Of a DNA stretch of 64,000 bases, positions 38,662 to 45,352 are shown piece by piece. Within the stretch, counting starts at the first letter, position 1. Each line of letters starts with the position of its first letter. The notes below the pieces were generated by a model. The model ran no database searches. It was not told the DNA's origin and worked only from the letters and a program-made list of their open reading frames with translations. The DNA is from an uncultured Candidatus Saccharibacteria bacterium (GTDB lineage: Bacteria; Patescibacteriota; Minisyncoccia; Phycocordibacterales; Zambryskibacteraceae), in NCBI GenBank assembly GCA_964608585.1, contig CAZSOL010000001.1, forward strand, positions 75,666-139,665. The letters are read 5' to 3'. Made by a program: the position numbers and the translations under genes.

Positions 38662-39558
38662 ATGAGAATTGCAGTCCTTCGCGGAGGGCCATCCGAGCAC
38701 TATGAGGAGTCGCTTAAGACTGGTAACACGGTCTTGTCTATCCTGCGTGAGGAGCCGAAGTTTAGACCCTTAGACATCTTCATCTCCAGAGACGGCGAGT
38801 GGCACCACATGGGTAAGCCCTATGAGCCACACAATCTACTCAAGCATGTGGACTTAGTATGGAATGCTCTCCACGGCGAGTATGGCGAGGACGGCAAGCT
38901 TAGCCAACTCCTACATCAGCTAAACGTCCCATACACTGGTTCTACTCCTATGCACTTGGCCATGGCGATGAACAAGGATATGAGCAAGCGTATCTATGAG
39001 CAAAGTGGCCTACTAACCCCCAAGCACGAGGTACTCTTAGGTCATGTGTCGGAGGATGACCTTGTCAGGGTCTTTCGCAACTACTTGCACCCAGTAATGG
39101 TGAAGCCTGTAACTGGCCGAGGAGGTATAGGAATGAAGATAGCCCACTCCTTTGAGGAGCTCAAGGAGGCGGTGATACACGCCTTCAAGCACGCAGAGAG
39201 GGTCTTGGTAGAGGAGTTTGTGCGGGGGATAGAAGCTAGGTGCTCCGTGGCAGAGGGCTTCAGAGGCAAGAAGATGTACACCTTCCTCCCTATGCCAAAC
39301 GACCCGCTTTATCGGGCAGGCTTCAAATCTGATACACACAAGGAGATAGAGAGGATGGCCGAGCTCGCTCACCGCTCGCTCGGGCTTCGCCACTACTCAT
39401 CCTCTGACTTCGTTATAACCCCCAAGGGTAAGGTGTATATATTGGAGACAAACGCTCTTCCGTCTCTCGCCCCCGACTCGCATCTCCACAACTCACTTCT
39501 ACAAGTAGGTACCACCCCCAAGGAGTTTGTGCATCATGTGATTTCGTTGGTTGTGTAG
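38662..39558 (+). CDS. ddl: D-alanine--D-alanine ligase
   Basis: IAVLRGGPSEHYEESLKTG, HGEYGEDGKLSQLLHQLNVPYTGS and ATP-grasp features. Confidence 0.85.
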   Translation: MRIAVLRGGPSEHYEESLKTGNTVLSILREEPKFRPLDIFISRDGEWHHMGKPYEPHNLLKHVDLVWNALHGEYGEDGKLSQLLHQLNVPYTGSTPMHLAMAMNKDMSKRIYEQSGLLTPKHEVLLGHVSEDDLVRVFRNYLHPVMVKPVTGRGGIGMKIAHSFEELKEAVIHAFKHAERVLVEEFVRGIEARCSVAEGFRGKKMYTFLPMPNDPLYRAGFKSDTHKEIERMAELAHRSLGLRHYSSSDFVITPKGKVYILETNALPSLAPDSHLHNSLLQVGTTPKEFVHHVISLVV

Positions 39559-39561
39559 AGT

Positions 39562-39632
39562 GGACCTACGGGGAGTCGAACCCCGACCTGTTCCATGCCA
39601 TGGAACCGTTCTACCGCTATACTATAGGCCCT
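39562..39632 (-). tRNA. tRNA-Ala (anticodon GGC)
   Basis: Acceptor GGGCCTA/TAGGTCC with a G3:U70 wobble pair (Ala identity element); anticodon stem GTTCC/GGAAC with loop ATGGCAT; T-arm CGGGG-TTCGACT-CCCCG; D-stem imperfect. Confidence 0.75.
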
Positions 39633-39686
39633 GACAGCACTATTTTTATTGATTTTCGGCCTGTTGTCGAGTATATTAAAGCCCTT

Positions 39687-39759
39687 GGGCCCTTAGCTTA
39701 GTTGGTAGAGCGCCTCATTTGCAATGAGGAGGTCATCGGTTCGAATCCGATAGGGTCCA
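39687..39759 (+). tRNA. tRNA-Ala (anticodon TGC)
   Basis: Acceptor GGGCCCT/AGGGTCC with G3:U70; D-arm GCTT/GAGC; anticodon stem CCTCA/TGAGG with loop TTTGCAA; T-arm ATCGG-TTCGAAT-CCGAT. Confidence 0.85.
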
Positions 39760-39817
39760 CCCAATTTGAGCTCAAAATGTGGTAAGATAGTCGAGGTTAG
39801 CTAATATAATCAATTTT

Positions 39818-39976
39818 ATGGATCAAGTAATAGGATACTGTGTTAAGTGCAAGGAGAAGCGTGAGATGAAGGATGTACAGAAGGTAGAGATCAAGCCTGG
39901 ACGCCCAGCGGCTAAGGGTACTTGCTCTGTCTGCGGTACAGGTATGTACAAGATTCTCCCTAAGGCACAAGCCTAA
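39818..39976 (+). CDS. Small zinc-ribbon protein (52 aa, CxxC...CxxC; DUF5679-like), not in the ORF track
   Basis: MDQVIGYCVKCKEKREMKDVQKVEIKPGRPAAKGTCSVCGTGMYKILPKAQA; TATAAT 10 nt upstream. Confidence 0.5.
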   Translation: MDQVIGYCVKCKEKREMKDVQKVEIKPGRPAAKGTCSVCGTGMYKILPKAQA

Positions 39977-39994
39977 CTTTTAGAGGATAAAACG

Positions 39995-40225
39995 ATGGGT
40001 ATTAAGGACTTCATGATGAAGCAGGTTCTTAAGCATAAGCTAAAGAACCTTCCAGAGGCTCAAAGAGAGGCTATTATTGGCGCTGTGGAGAAGAACCCTG
40101 ACTTCTTCAAGCGGATAGGCGACGAGATAGAGAAGAGGAAGAAGAGTGGTCAGAGCGAGATGGAGGCTACTATGGCCGTCATGCGTGAGAACCAGAAGGA
40201 GTTACAGAACTTAATGATGCAATAA
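39995..40225 (+). CDS. Small helical hypothetical protein (76 aa)
   Basis: Open frame with K/E-rich helical character; no known motif. Confidence 0.4.
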   Translation: MGIKDFMMKQVLKHKLKNLPEAQREAIIGAVEKNPDFFKRIGDEIEKRKKSGQSEMEATMAVMRENQKELQNLMMQ

Positions 40226-40227
40226 TA

Positions 40228-40809
40228 ATGAAGAAAAAGAAGATATTTATCCTACTTGGGCACCCAGACAAGGACACTCTTAACGGCACTCTAGCTAGTG
40301 AGTACGAGCGCGGAGCCGAGGAGGTAGGACACGAGACAAGGAGGATGAACCTAGGCGACATGCAGTTTGACCCCATACTCCACAAGGGGTACAAGGTTAT
40401 CCAAGAGCTAGAGCCAGACCTAAAGGCCTTCCAAGAGAACGTGAAGTGGGCTGACCACTTCATCATCTTCTATCCATCTTGGTGGTCTACTATGCCAGCT
40501 CTTCTTAAGGGACTCATAGACCGCGTGTGGCTACCCGGCTTCGCCTACCACTTTACCCACAACGGCAACTGGTGGCAGAAGCTCCTTAAGGGGCGCTCGG
40601 CGACTATGGTGGTGACCTCCGATACTATGCCTATCATTCAGAGGATTATGTTTGGCGATACGACTAACGAGCTTAGGAAGGGTATCTTGGGCTTCTCTGG
40701 CTTCTCTCCTGTGAGGGTATACAAGTTTGGCTACCTCAAGCACTTCGGCATGTGGGCAAGCGATAGGATGAAGCGAAAGGTCTACAGACTCGGCCAAAAG
40801 GCAAAGTAA
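40228..40809 (+). CDS. Flavodoxin-like-fold NAD(P)H-dependent oxidoreductase (FMN reductase / NAD(P)H dehydrogenase (quinone) family)
   Basis: KIFILLGHPDKDTLNGTLA...HFIIFYPSWWSTMPALLKGLIDRVWLPGFAY. Confidence 0.7.
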   Translation: MKKKKIFILLGHPDKDTLNGTLASEYERGAEEVGHETRRMNLGDMQFDPILHKGYKVIQELEPDLKAFQENVKWADHFIIFYPSWWSTMPALLKGLIDRVWLPGFAYHFTHNGNWWQKLLKGRSATMVVTSDTMPIIQRIMFGDTTNELRKGILGFSGFSPVRVYKFGYLKHFGMWASDRMKRKVYRLGQKAK

Positions 40810-40816
40810 CTCACCC

Positions 40817-40852
40817 GACAAGGCAACGCCTTGTCGCAAATCTGTGGATAAC
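40817..40852 (+). repeat. Hairpin (gacaaggc-aac-gccttgtc) plus perfect DnaA-box (TGTGGATAA at 40843..40851) element, copy 1
   Basis: Near-identical copy at 51278..51312 (acaaggc-gtt-gccttgtc gcaaacctgtggataac); the loop triplet is inverted between the copies. Confidence 0.7.
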
Positions 40853-40855
40853 AAA

Positions 40856-40879
40856 AAACACGGGAACTCCGTGTTTTTT
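40856..40879. terminator. Bidirectional intrinsic terminator aaaaaacacgg-gaact-ccgtgttttttg
   Basis: 6-bp stem flanked by an A-run and a T-run; lies between convergent genes. Confidence 0.7.
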
Positions 40880-40899
40880 GTTTGCTTAACTACTTACTT

Positions 40900-41916
40900 C
40901 TAGAGACCAGAGGTAGTAGTAGCGGTGAACTCTGGAGAGTTGGTGATGTTGCCAGAGTTGTCAGTAGACTGGACTACGAAGGCGTAGGCTGTGCTTGTGG
41001 CCAGACCTGTTGCTTGTAGGCTATGACTCATGGTGGATGTACCCGAGGCAACTACGTTTGTCGTAGAAGCAGTGAGTACTAGTGGGCTCACAGTAGAGTA
41101 GAAGAGCTTAGAGGTTGCTTGCTCATTCGTACTCCAAGCAACGTTCACCGTAGAGGTGCCAACTACAAGTGCTACAGAGGAGATAACTGGAGCGACAGTG
41201 TCTGTAGGTAGACCCTTGGTGGTGAAGGAGAACTGATTAGAAGTGGCTGTGTTACCTGCTTTGTCCTTAGAGCTGACCACGGCGTAGTAGGTGGTGCTTG
41301 CTTGTAAGCCAGAGACGATGATCTTGTGGTCTCGGGTGAGGTTGCTCTTGGTACTTGAGGATGCAGTGCTCATATCTACTGGTGAGACCTTGCTCCAGAA
41401 GATGGTGCTGTCCGCCTTCTCGTTTGTGTTCCACTTCACTACCACATCGTTTATACCTGTAACACTGGTGATGCTTGTTATCACAGGAGCTATTGTGTCG
41501 GGAGTAGTGGTGCCGTTGTTCCATCCGCCAAACTTCTTAGCAATACCGAAGGGGAGGAAGCAGTAACTAGAAGGGTTTAACTCTCCGTTCTTCTTAATAA
41601 ATCCGGGAGCGATGAGATGGCCGAAGGCCTTGAGACAGCTCTTGGTGCTCTCTCTTACCTTTTCTGCCCTCTCTTTAGCTTCTTCTCTTTTATCTTCTCT
41701 CTTATCCTTCTTCTCCTCTCTATCGTCCTCATCTCTCTCCCTTTTATCCTCCTTCTTTTCTAATTTGTTTTCTAACTTTTGGACTTGAGCAACTTGAGAC
41801 TTACCTCTGTTGCCGTTGTTACTCTTCTCGTTCTTGGCGAAGGCGAGTGCAGGGGAGAAGCCAATAGTGAGTAAGAGTGCAAGTGTTACGAAACTCTGGT
41901 AACGATTTTTAGACAT
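40900..41916 (-). CDS. Secreted protein with two fibronectin-type-III-like repeats and a highly charged K/E/R/D-rich N-terminal linker
   Basis: Signal peptide; two about 95-aa repeats (TIAPVITSITSV...FSFTTKG / TVAPVISSVALV...FTATTTSG). Confidence 0.6.
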   Translation of the reverse strand: MSKNRYQSFVTLALLLTIGFSPALAFAKNEKSNNGNRGKSQVAQVQKLENKLEKKEDKRERDEDDREEKKDKREDKREEAKERAEKVRESTKSCLKAFGHLIAPGFIKKNGELNPSSYCFLPFGIAKKFGGWNNGTTTPDTIAPVITSITSVTGINDVVVKWNTNEKADSTIFWSKVSPVDMSTASSSTKSNLTRDHKIIVSGLQASTTYYAVVSSKDKAGNTATSNQFSFTTKGLPTDTVAPVISSVALVVGTSTVNVAWSTNEQATSKLFYSTVSPLVLTASTTNVVASGTSTMSHSLQATGLATSTAYAFVVQSTDNSGNITNSPEFTATTTSGL

Positions 41917-42081
41917 AATTTGTTGTTGAATGTTAATCTAAGCGGAAGATGTATATTTGGTATCCGCTTGATTGACTAAACGTATAAGCAGGCAAACTCT
42001 TTCGTAGACAAGCTTCCTTTTATATAGTACGGTTTAGAAAATTAAGACTACTTTCTGTAAGAGAACGACTACAAAATCGTT

Positions 42082-42606
42082 ATGTATATCAATGACCGCA
42101 AAAAGGATTTCACTCTCATATACGAGGCAGAGCACGATGCGGTCTTTAGGTTTTGCTTCTTTAGAGTCTCTGATAGAGAGAAGGCGCTTGATCTTACCCA
42201 AGAGTCATTCGTCAAACTCTGGAAGCATATGCTTGAGAATACTAAGGTCGATAATCCCAAAGCCTTTCTCTTTGTTGTGGCAAGACATCTCATTATTGAC
42301 TGGTATAGAAAGAAGAAGACTCTCTCACTTGATTTCTACAACTCAAATGAGCTTGGCAAAGGGTTTGATGTCGCAGATGAGAGTGGCGCAAGTGAGATTG
42401 AGACAAGTTCGGATGCTAAGCGCGTCACCTCTATGATAAGCAAACTTCCTCCACAATACAGAGATGCTGTGTATCTAAGGTTTGTGGAAGACTTACCACC
42501 TAGAGACATTGCCCAGATACTCAAGCTTAGTACTGGAGTGGTCTCTGTGCGTATTACCAGAGGGATACAGGAGCTTAGGCGTATGCTTGGTATAAATAAT
42601 AGATAA
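42082..42606 (+). CDS. ECF (sigma-24 type) RNA polymerase sigma factor
   Basis: Region 2 FVKLWKHM...ARHLIIDWYRKK; region 4 DAVYLRFVEDLPPRDIAQILKLSTGVVSVRITRGIQELRRML. Confidence 0.8.
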   Translation: MYINDRKKDFTLIYEAEHDAVFRFCFFRVSDREKALDLTQESFVKLWKHMLENTKVDNPKAFLFVVARHLIIDWYRKKKTLSLDFYNSNELGKGFDVADESGASEIETSSDAKRVTSMISKLPPQYRDAVYLRFVEDLPPRDIAQILKLSTGVVSVRITRGIQELRRMLGINNR

Positions 42607-42608
42607 AT

Positions 42609-43331
42609 ATGAAAGAAGAAGACTTAAAGAAGGCTCTAAACGAGCTCAAGGAAGTGAGGATGACCAATCTTGAGACAGAGGCGATGCTCGAGCAGGTCTT
42701 CCGTGCACCCATACCATCACCGTATTTCAAGCGCAATAAAGTCTTTGCTCTTGTGATGGTCTTGGTCCTTGTCTTCTCCACAGGTGGTGTGACCTACGCT
42801 TCAAACGATGCTCTCCCTGGAGACATTCTCTATCCGGTGAAGGTCAAGGTTGTTGAGCCTATACTTGATGTGGTTAATGCAAGCCCAGAGAAGAAGGTGG
42901 CATGGAGCGAGGAGAAGGTGACAAGACGTATCGAGGAAGCTGATGCACTAGCAAGGGAAGATAAGTTGGACGACAAGAAGGCAGAGGAGTTGGAGAAGGA
43001 GATAAGGAAGAGCTCTATAGAGTTCGCCAAGGCGGTAGAAGATAGAGATGAAGAGGATGAAGAAGAGAAGGAGAAGAGGAAGGAGGAGTTCAGGAAGAAG
43101 GTAGAGGCCAAAGAGTTTGAGGTAAAGGTGGAGTATATAGAGGAGAAGCAAGAAGGCAAAGCAGAGGAGAAGGAAGAAAAATTTAAGGAAGATATAGAGA
43201 AGCAAGAGAAGAAGGAGGAGCAGAGCGAGAAGGTGAGGAAGATCAAGGACACTGCTATAAACGCTCTAGACAAGGAGGATAGAAAGAAAAACATGAAGGA
43301 AGAGGATCGAGGTCGAAATAAAAACAAATAA
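42609..43331 (+). CDS. Single-pass membrane protein adjacent to the ECF sigma gene, putative anti-sigma factor (DUF5667-like ectodomain), with a low-complexity E/K-rich C-terminal tail
   Basis: TM helix ALVMVLVLVFSTGGV; GDILYPVKVKV segment; position after the ECF sigma gene. Confidence 0.45.
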   Translation: MKEEDLKKALNELKEVRMTNLETEAMLEQVFRAPIPSPYFKRNKVFALVMVLVLVFSTGGVTYASNDALPGDILYPVKVKVVEPILDVVNASPEKKVAWSEEKVTRRIEEADALAREDKLDDKKAEELEKEIRKSSIEFAKAVEDRDEEDEEEKEKRKEEFRKKVEAKEFEVKVEYIEEKQEGKAEEKEEKFKEDIEKQEKKEEQSEKVRKIKDTAINALDKEDRKKNMKEEDRGRNKNK

Positions 43332-43337
43332 CAAAAA

Positions 43338-43368
43338 ACCGCAATCTTCGTGATTGCGGTTTAAATTC
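43338..43368 (-). terminator. Intrinsic terminator aaccgcaatc-ttcgt-gattgcggtt; the T6 run lies on the minus strand
   Basis: Terminates the minus-strand 53-aa ORF and also abuts the 42609..43331 stop. Confidence 0.65.
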
Positions 43369-43522
43369 TGGCTTCTGCCCGATGCTTAGCTCTCAAGGTC
43401 TCAAGCACTCTCTGCTTCTCCTTGAATTCAGGCGAGTCTGGACCGTGGGTAGTCTTTGCTTCCAGAGCCTCTCTTAAGGCACGGGCCTCAGCTACAAGAA
43501 TGTTATCTCCTTCATAAGACAT
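43361..43522 (-). CDS. Candidate 53-aa protein (MSYEGDNILVAEARALREALEAKTTHGPDSPEFKEKQRVLETLRAKHRAEARI), not in the ORF track
   Basis: AAGGAG SD 5 nt upstream of the ATG; in-frame TAA immediately upstream; intrinsic terminator directly downstream; about 55% GC in a 60-nt sample. Confidence 0.45.
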   Translation of the reverse strand: MSYEGDNILVAEARALREALEAKTTHGPDSPEFKEKQRVLETLRAKHRAEARI

Positions 43523-43583
43523 TTAGTCTCCTTGTGGAAGGATGAATCTTTGGTTACAATACTGACTCAACCAAACCCTGTCA

Positions 43584-44402
43584 ATGAGTAAGCTTTCTGT
43601 CGGTATTGTTGGTCTCCCAAACGTAGGTAAGTCTACGCTCTTCAACGCACTGACCAAGAAGAGTGTGCCAGCAGAGAACTACCCCTTCTGCACCATAGAC
43701 CCCTCTGTGGGTATTGTGCCCGTGCCAGACACTCGTTTGGATAAGCTCGCAGAGATGAGCAAGTCTAAGAAGGTTGTGCCAGCAGTTGTGGAGTTCGTAG
43801 ACATCGCAGGGCTCGTGAAGGGTGCGAGTGAGGGGGCTGGGCTCGGTAACAAGTTCCTCCAGAACATCCGCGAGGTAGACGCTATCATTCAAGTGGTAAG
43901 AATCTTTGAAGATAAGGACATAATCCACGTACACGACAAGGTGGACCCACTCTTTGATATTGAGGTGATAAACATGGAGCTCCAAGCCGGAGGTATCAAC
44001 AAACCCACACTCTACGTGGTCAATACTTCTGAGATAGCGGAGAACAAGCGCGATGTGCTTGATAAGATCCTAGGGCCATACATAGAGATAGATGCAGTCT
44101 TCGGCAAGGGCTTGGACAACCTTATCAAGGCAAGCTATGACCTACTGAACCTCATAACCTTCTTCACTACAGGAGAGAAGGAGTCTAGAGCTTGGACCAC
44201 AAGGAGGAATGCCACTGCTCCCGAGGCAGGTAAGTCCATCCATACAGATTTTCAGGAAAAATTTATTCGTGCAGAGGTGGTGGCTTACGACAAGCTTATA
44301 GAAGTAGGCTCCTTCGCCAACGCACGAGCAAAAGGCCTAGTCCGCACAGAAGGCAAGGAGTATATAGTCCAAGACGGCGACGTTATAGAATTTTTGGTAT
44401 AA
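43584..44402 (+). CDS. ychF: Ribosome-binding ATPase YchF/OLA1, minimal form lacking most of the coiled-coil insertion
   Basis: GIVGLPNVGKSTLFNALT, DIAGLVKGASEGAGLGNKFL, C-terminal TGS domain GKEYIVQDGDVIEFL; 272 aa. Confidence 0.85.
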   Translation: MSKLSVGIVGLPNVGKSTLFNALTKKSVPAENYPFCTIDPSVGIVPVPDTRLDKLAEMSKSKKVVPAVVEFVDIAGLVKGASEGAGLGNKFLQNIREVDAIIQVVRIFEDKDIIHVHDKVDPLFDIEVINMELQAGGINKPTLYVVNTSEIAENKRDVLDKILGPYIEIDAVFGKGLDNLIKASYDLLNLITFFTTGEKESRAWTTRRNATAPEAGKSIHTDFQEKFIRAEVVAYDKLIEVGSFANARAKGLVRTEGKEYIVQDGDVIEFLV

Positions 44403-44411
44403 TGTGACCTT

Positions 44412-45344
44412 ATGAACAACAAAATAACCGCAAGGGACTTCTTCTTGCACTTGGGCGCTATTGTGAGCTTCTATGCCAGCGTTATTGCTCTTATCACACT
44501 GCTCTTCGAGGTTATCAACTTCGCATACCCTAAGGTGACAAATGCGTATATGTACGCCTTCCCATCTATCAGTATGCAGGTGGCCATACTCGTCGTCGCT
44601 CTACCCATATTCCTCCTCATATCTAGGTTCTTTGAGAAGGCGTATGCCGTGGATGCATCACTTCGCGAGATGCCACTCAAGAGGTGGCTTAGCTTCATCA
44701 CTATCTTTATTGCTGGTACCATCGTCGCTGGGGACCTCGTCACTGTTATATACATGTTCCTAGACGGACAAGAGCTAACCACAGCCTTCCTACTTAAGGT
44801 GCTTACTCTCCTCATCATCTCCTCCGGAGTCTTCATTTACTACATGAGGGAGATAAAGAACATCATTCTCCCCAAGGAGAGGACTATGTGGAGAGCTCTA
44901 GTACTCATCTTCACCCTTACGTCTATCGTCCTTGGCTTTGTGGTTATCGGCTCACCTCGTGCACAGCGTGAGTACAGATACGACTCACAGAAGGTTTCCG
45001 ATCTACAGAACATTCAGTGGCAGGTTATAAATTACTACCAAATGAAGGGGATTCTTCCGGAGGCACTTACGGACTTGGACGACTCTCTAAAACCAGGGCT
45101 TGTATCCAACGACCCACAAACTGGAGATGCCTACGTGTATAAGAAGACGGGGGCACTAGCCTTCGAGCTCTGTGCCGACTTCAACCGTGAGACAAGACTT
45201 GGTATCCCTATGAGTGAGGGAGACCTCGCAGCTCGAAGCAGTGTCTACTATGGAAGACAAGAAGAGAATTGGGACCACGAAGCTGGTGAGCACTGCTTCT
45301 CTCGTACGATAGACCCACTCTTGTATCCTCAAATTAAGAGGTAA
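44412..45344 (+). CDS. Polytopic membrane protein, hypothetical (DUF5671-like)
   Basis: Four N-terminal TM helices then a soluble C-terminal region; no catalytic motif seen. Confidence 0.45.
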   Translation: MNNKITARDFFLHLGAIVSFYASVIALITLLFEVINFAYPKVTNAYMYAFPSISMQVAILVVALPIFLLISRFFEKAYAVDASLREMPLKRWLSFITIFIAGTIVAGDLVTVIYMFLDGQELTTAFLLKVLTLLIISSGVFIYYMREIKNIILPKERTMWRALVLIFTLTSIVLGFVVIGSPRAQREYRYDSQKVSDLQNIQWQVINYYQMKGILPEALTDLDDSLKPGLVSNDPQTGDAYVYKKTGALAFELCADFNRETRLGIPMSEGDLAARSSVYYGRQEENWDHEAGEHCFSRTIDPLLYPQIKR

Positions 45345-45352
45345 CTTAAGTA

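Noticed and set aside
41640-41830. Short tandem-looking repeats (tcttctc / ctcttt units) and similar GAAGAA-rich tracts at 42990..43320 and 7735..7930, considered as possible CRISPR or minisatellite
   Set aside because: They are coding low-complexity K/E/R/D-rich protein segments (FN3 protein linker, anti-sigma tail, rpoD N-tail). There are no regular repeat-spacer units and no cas genes.
42830-43327. Minus-strand 165-aa Ser/Phe-rich ORF and a nested 85-aa ORF
   Set aside because: They are antisense shadows of the GAA/AAG-rich low-complexity tail of the putative anti-sigma gene (42609..43331).
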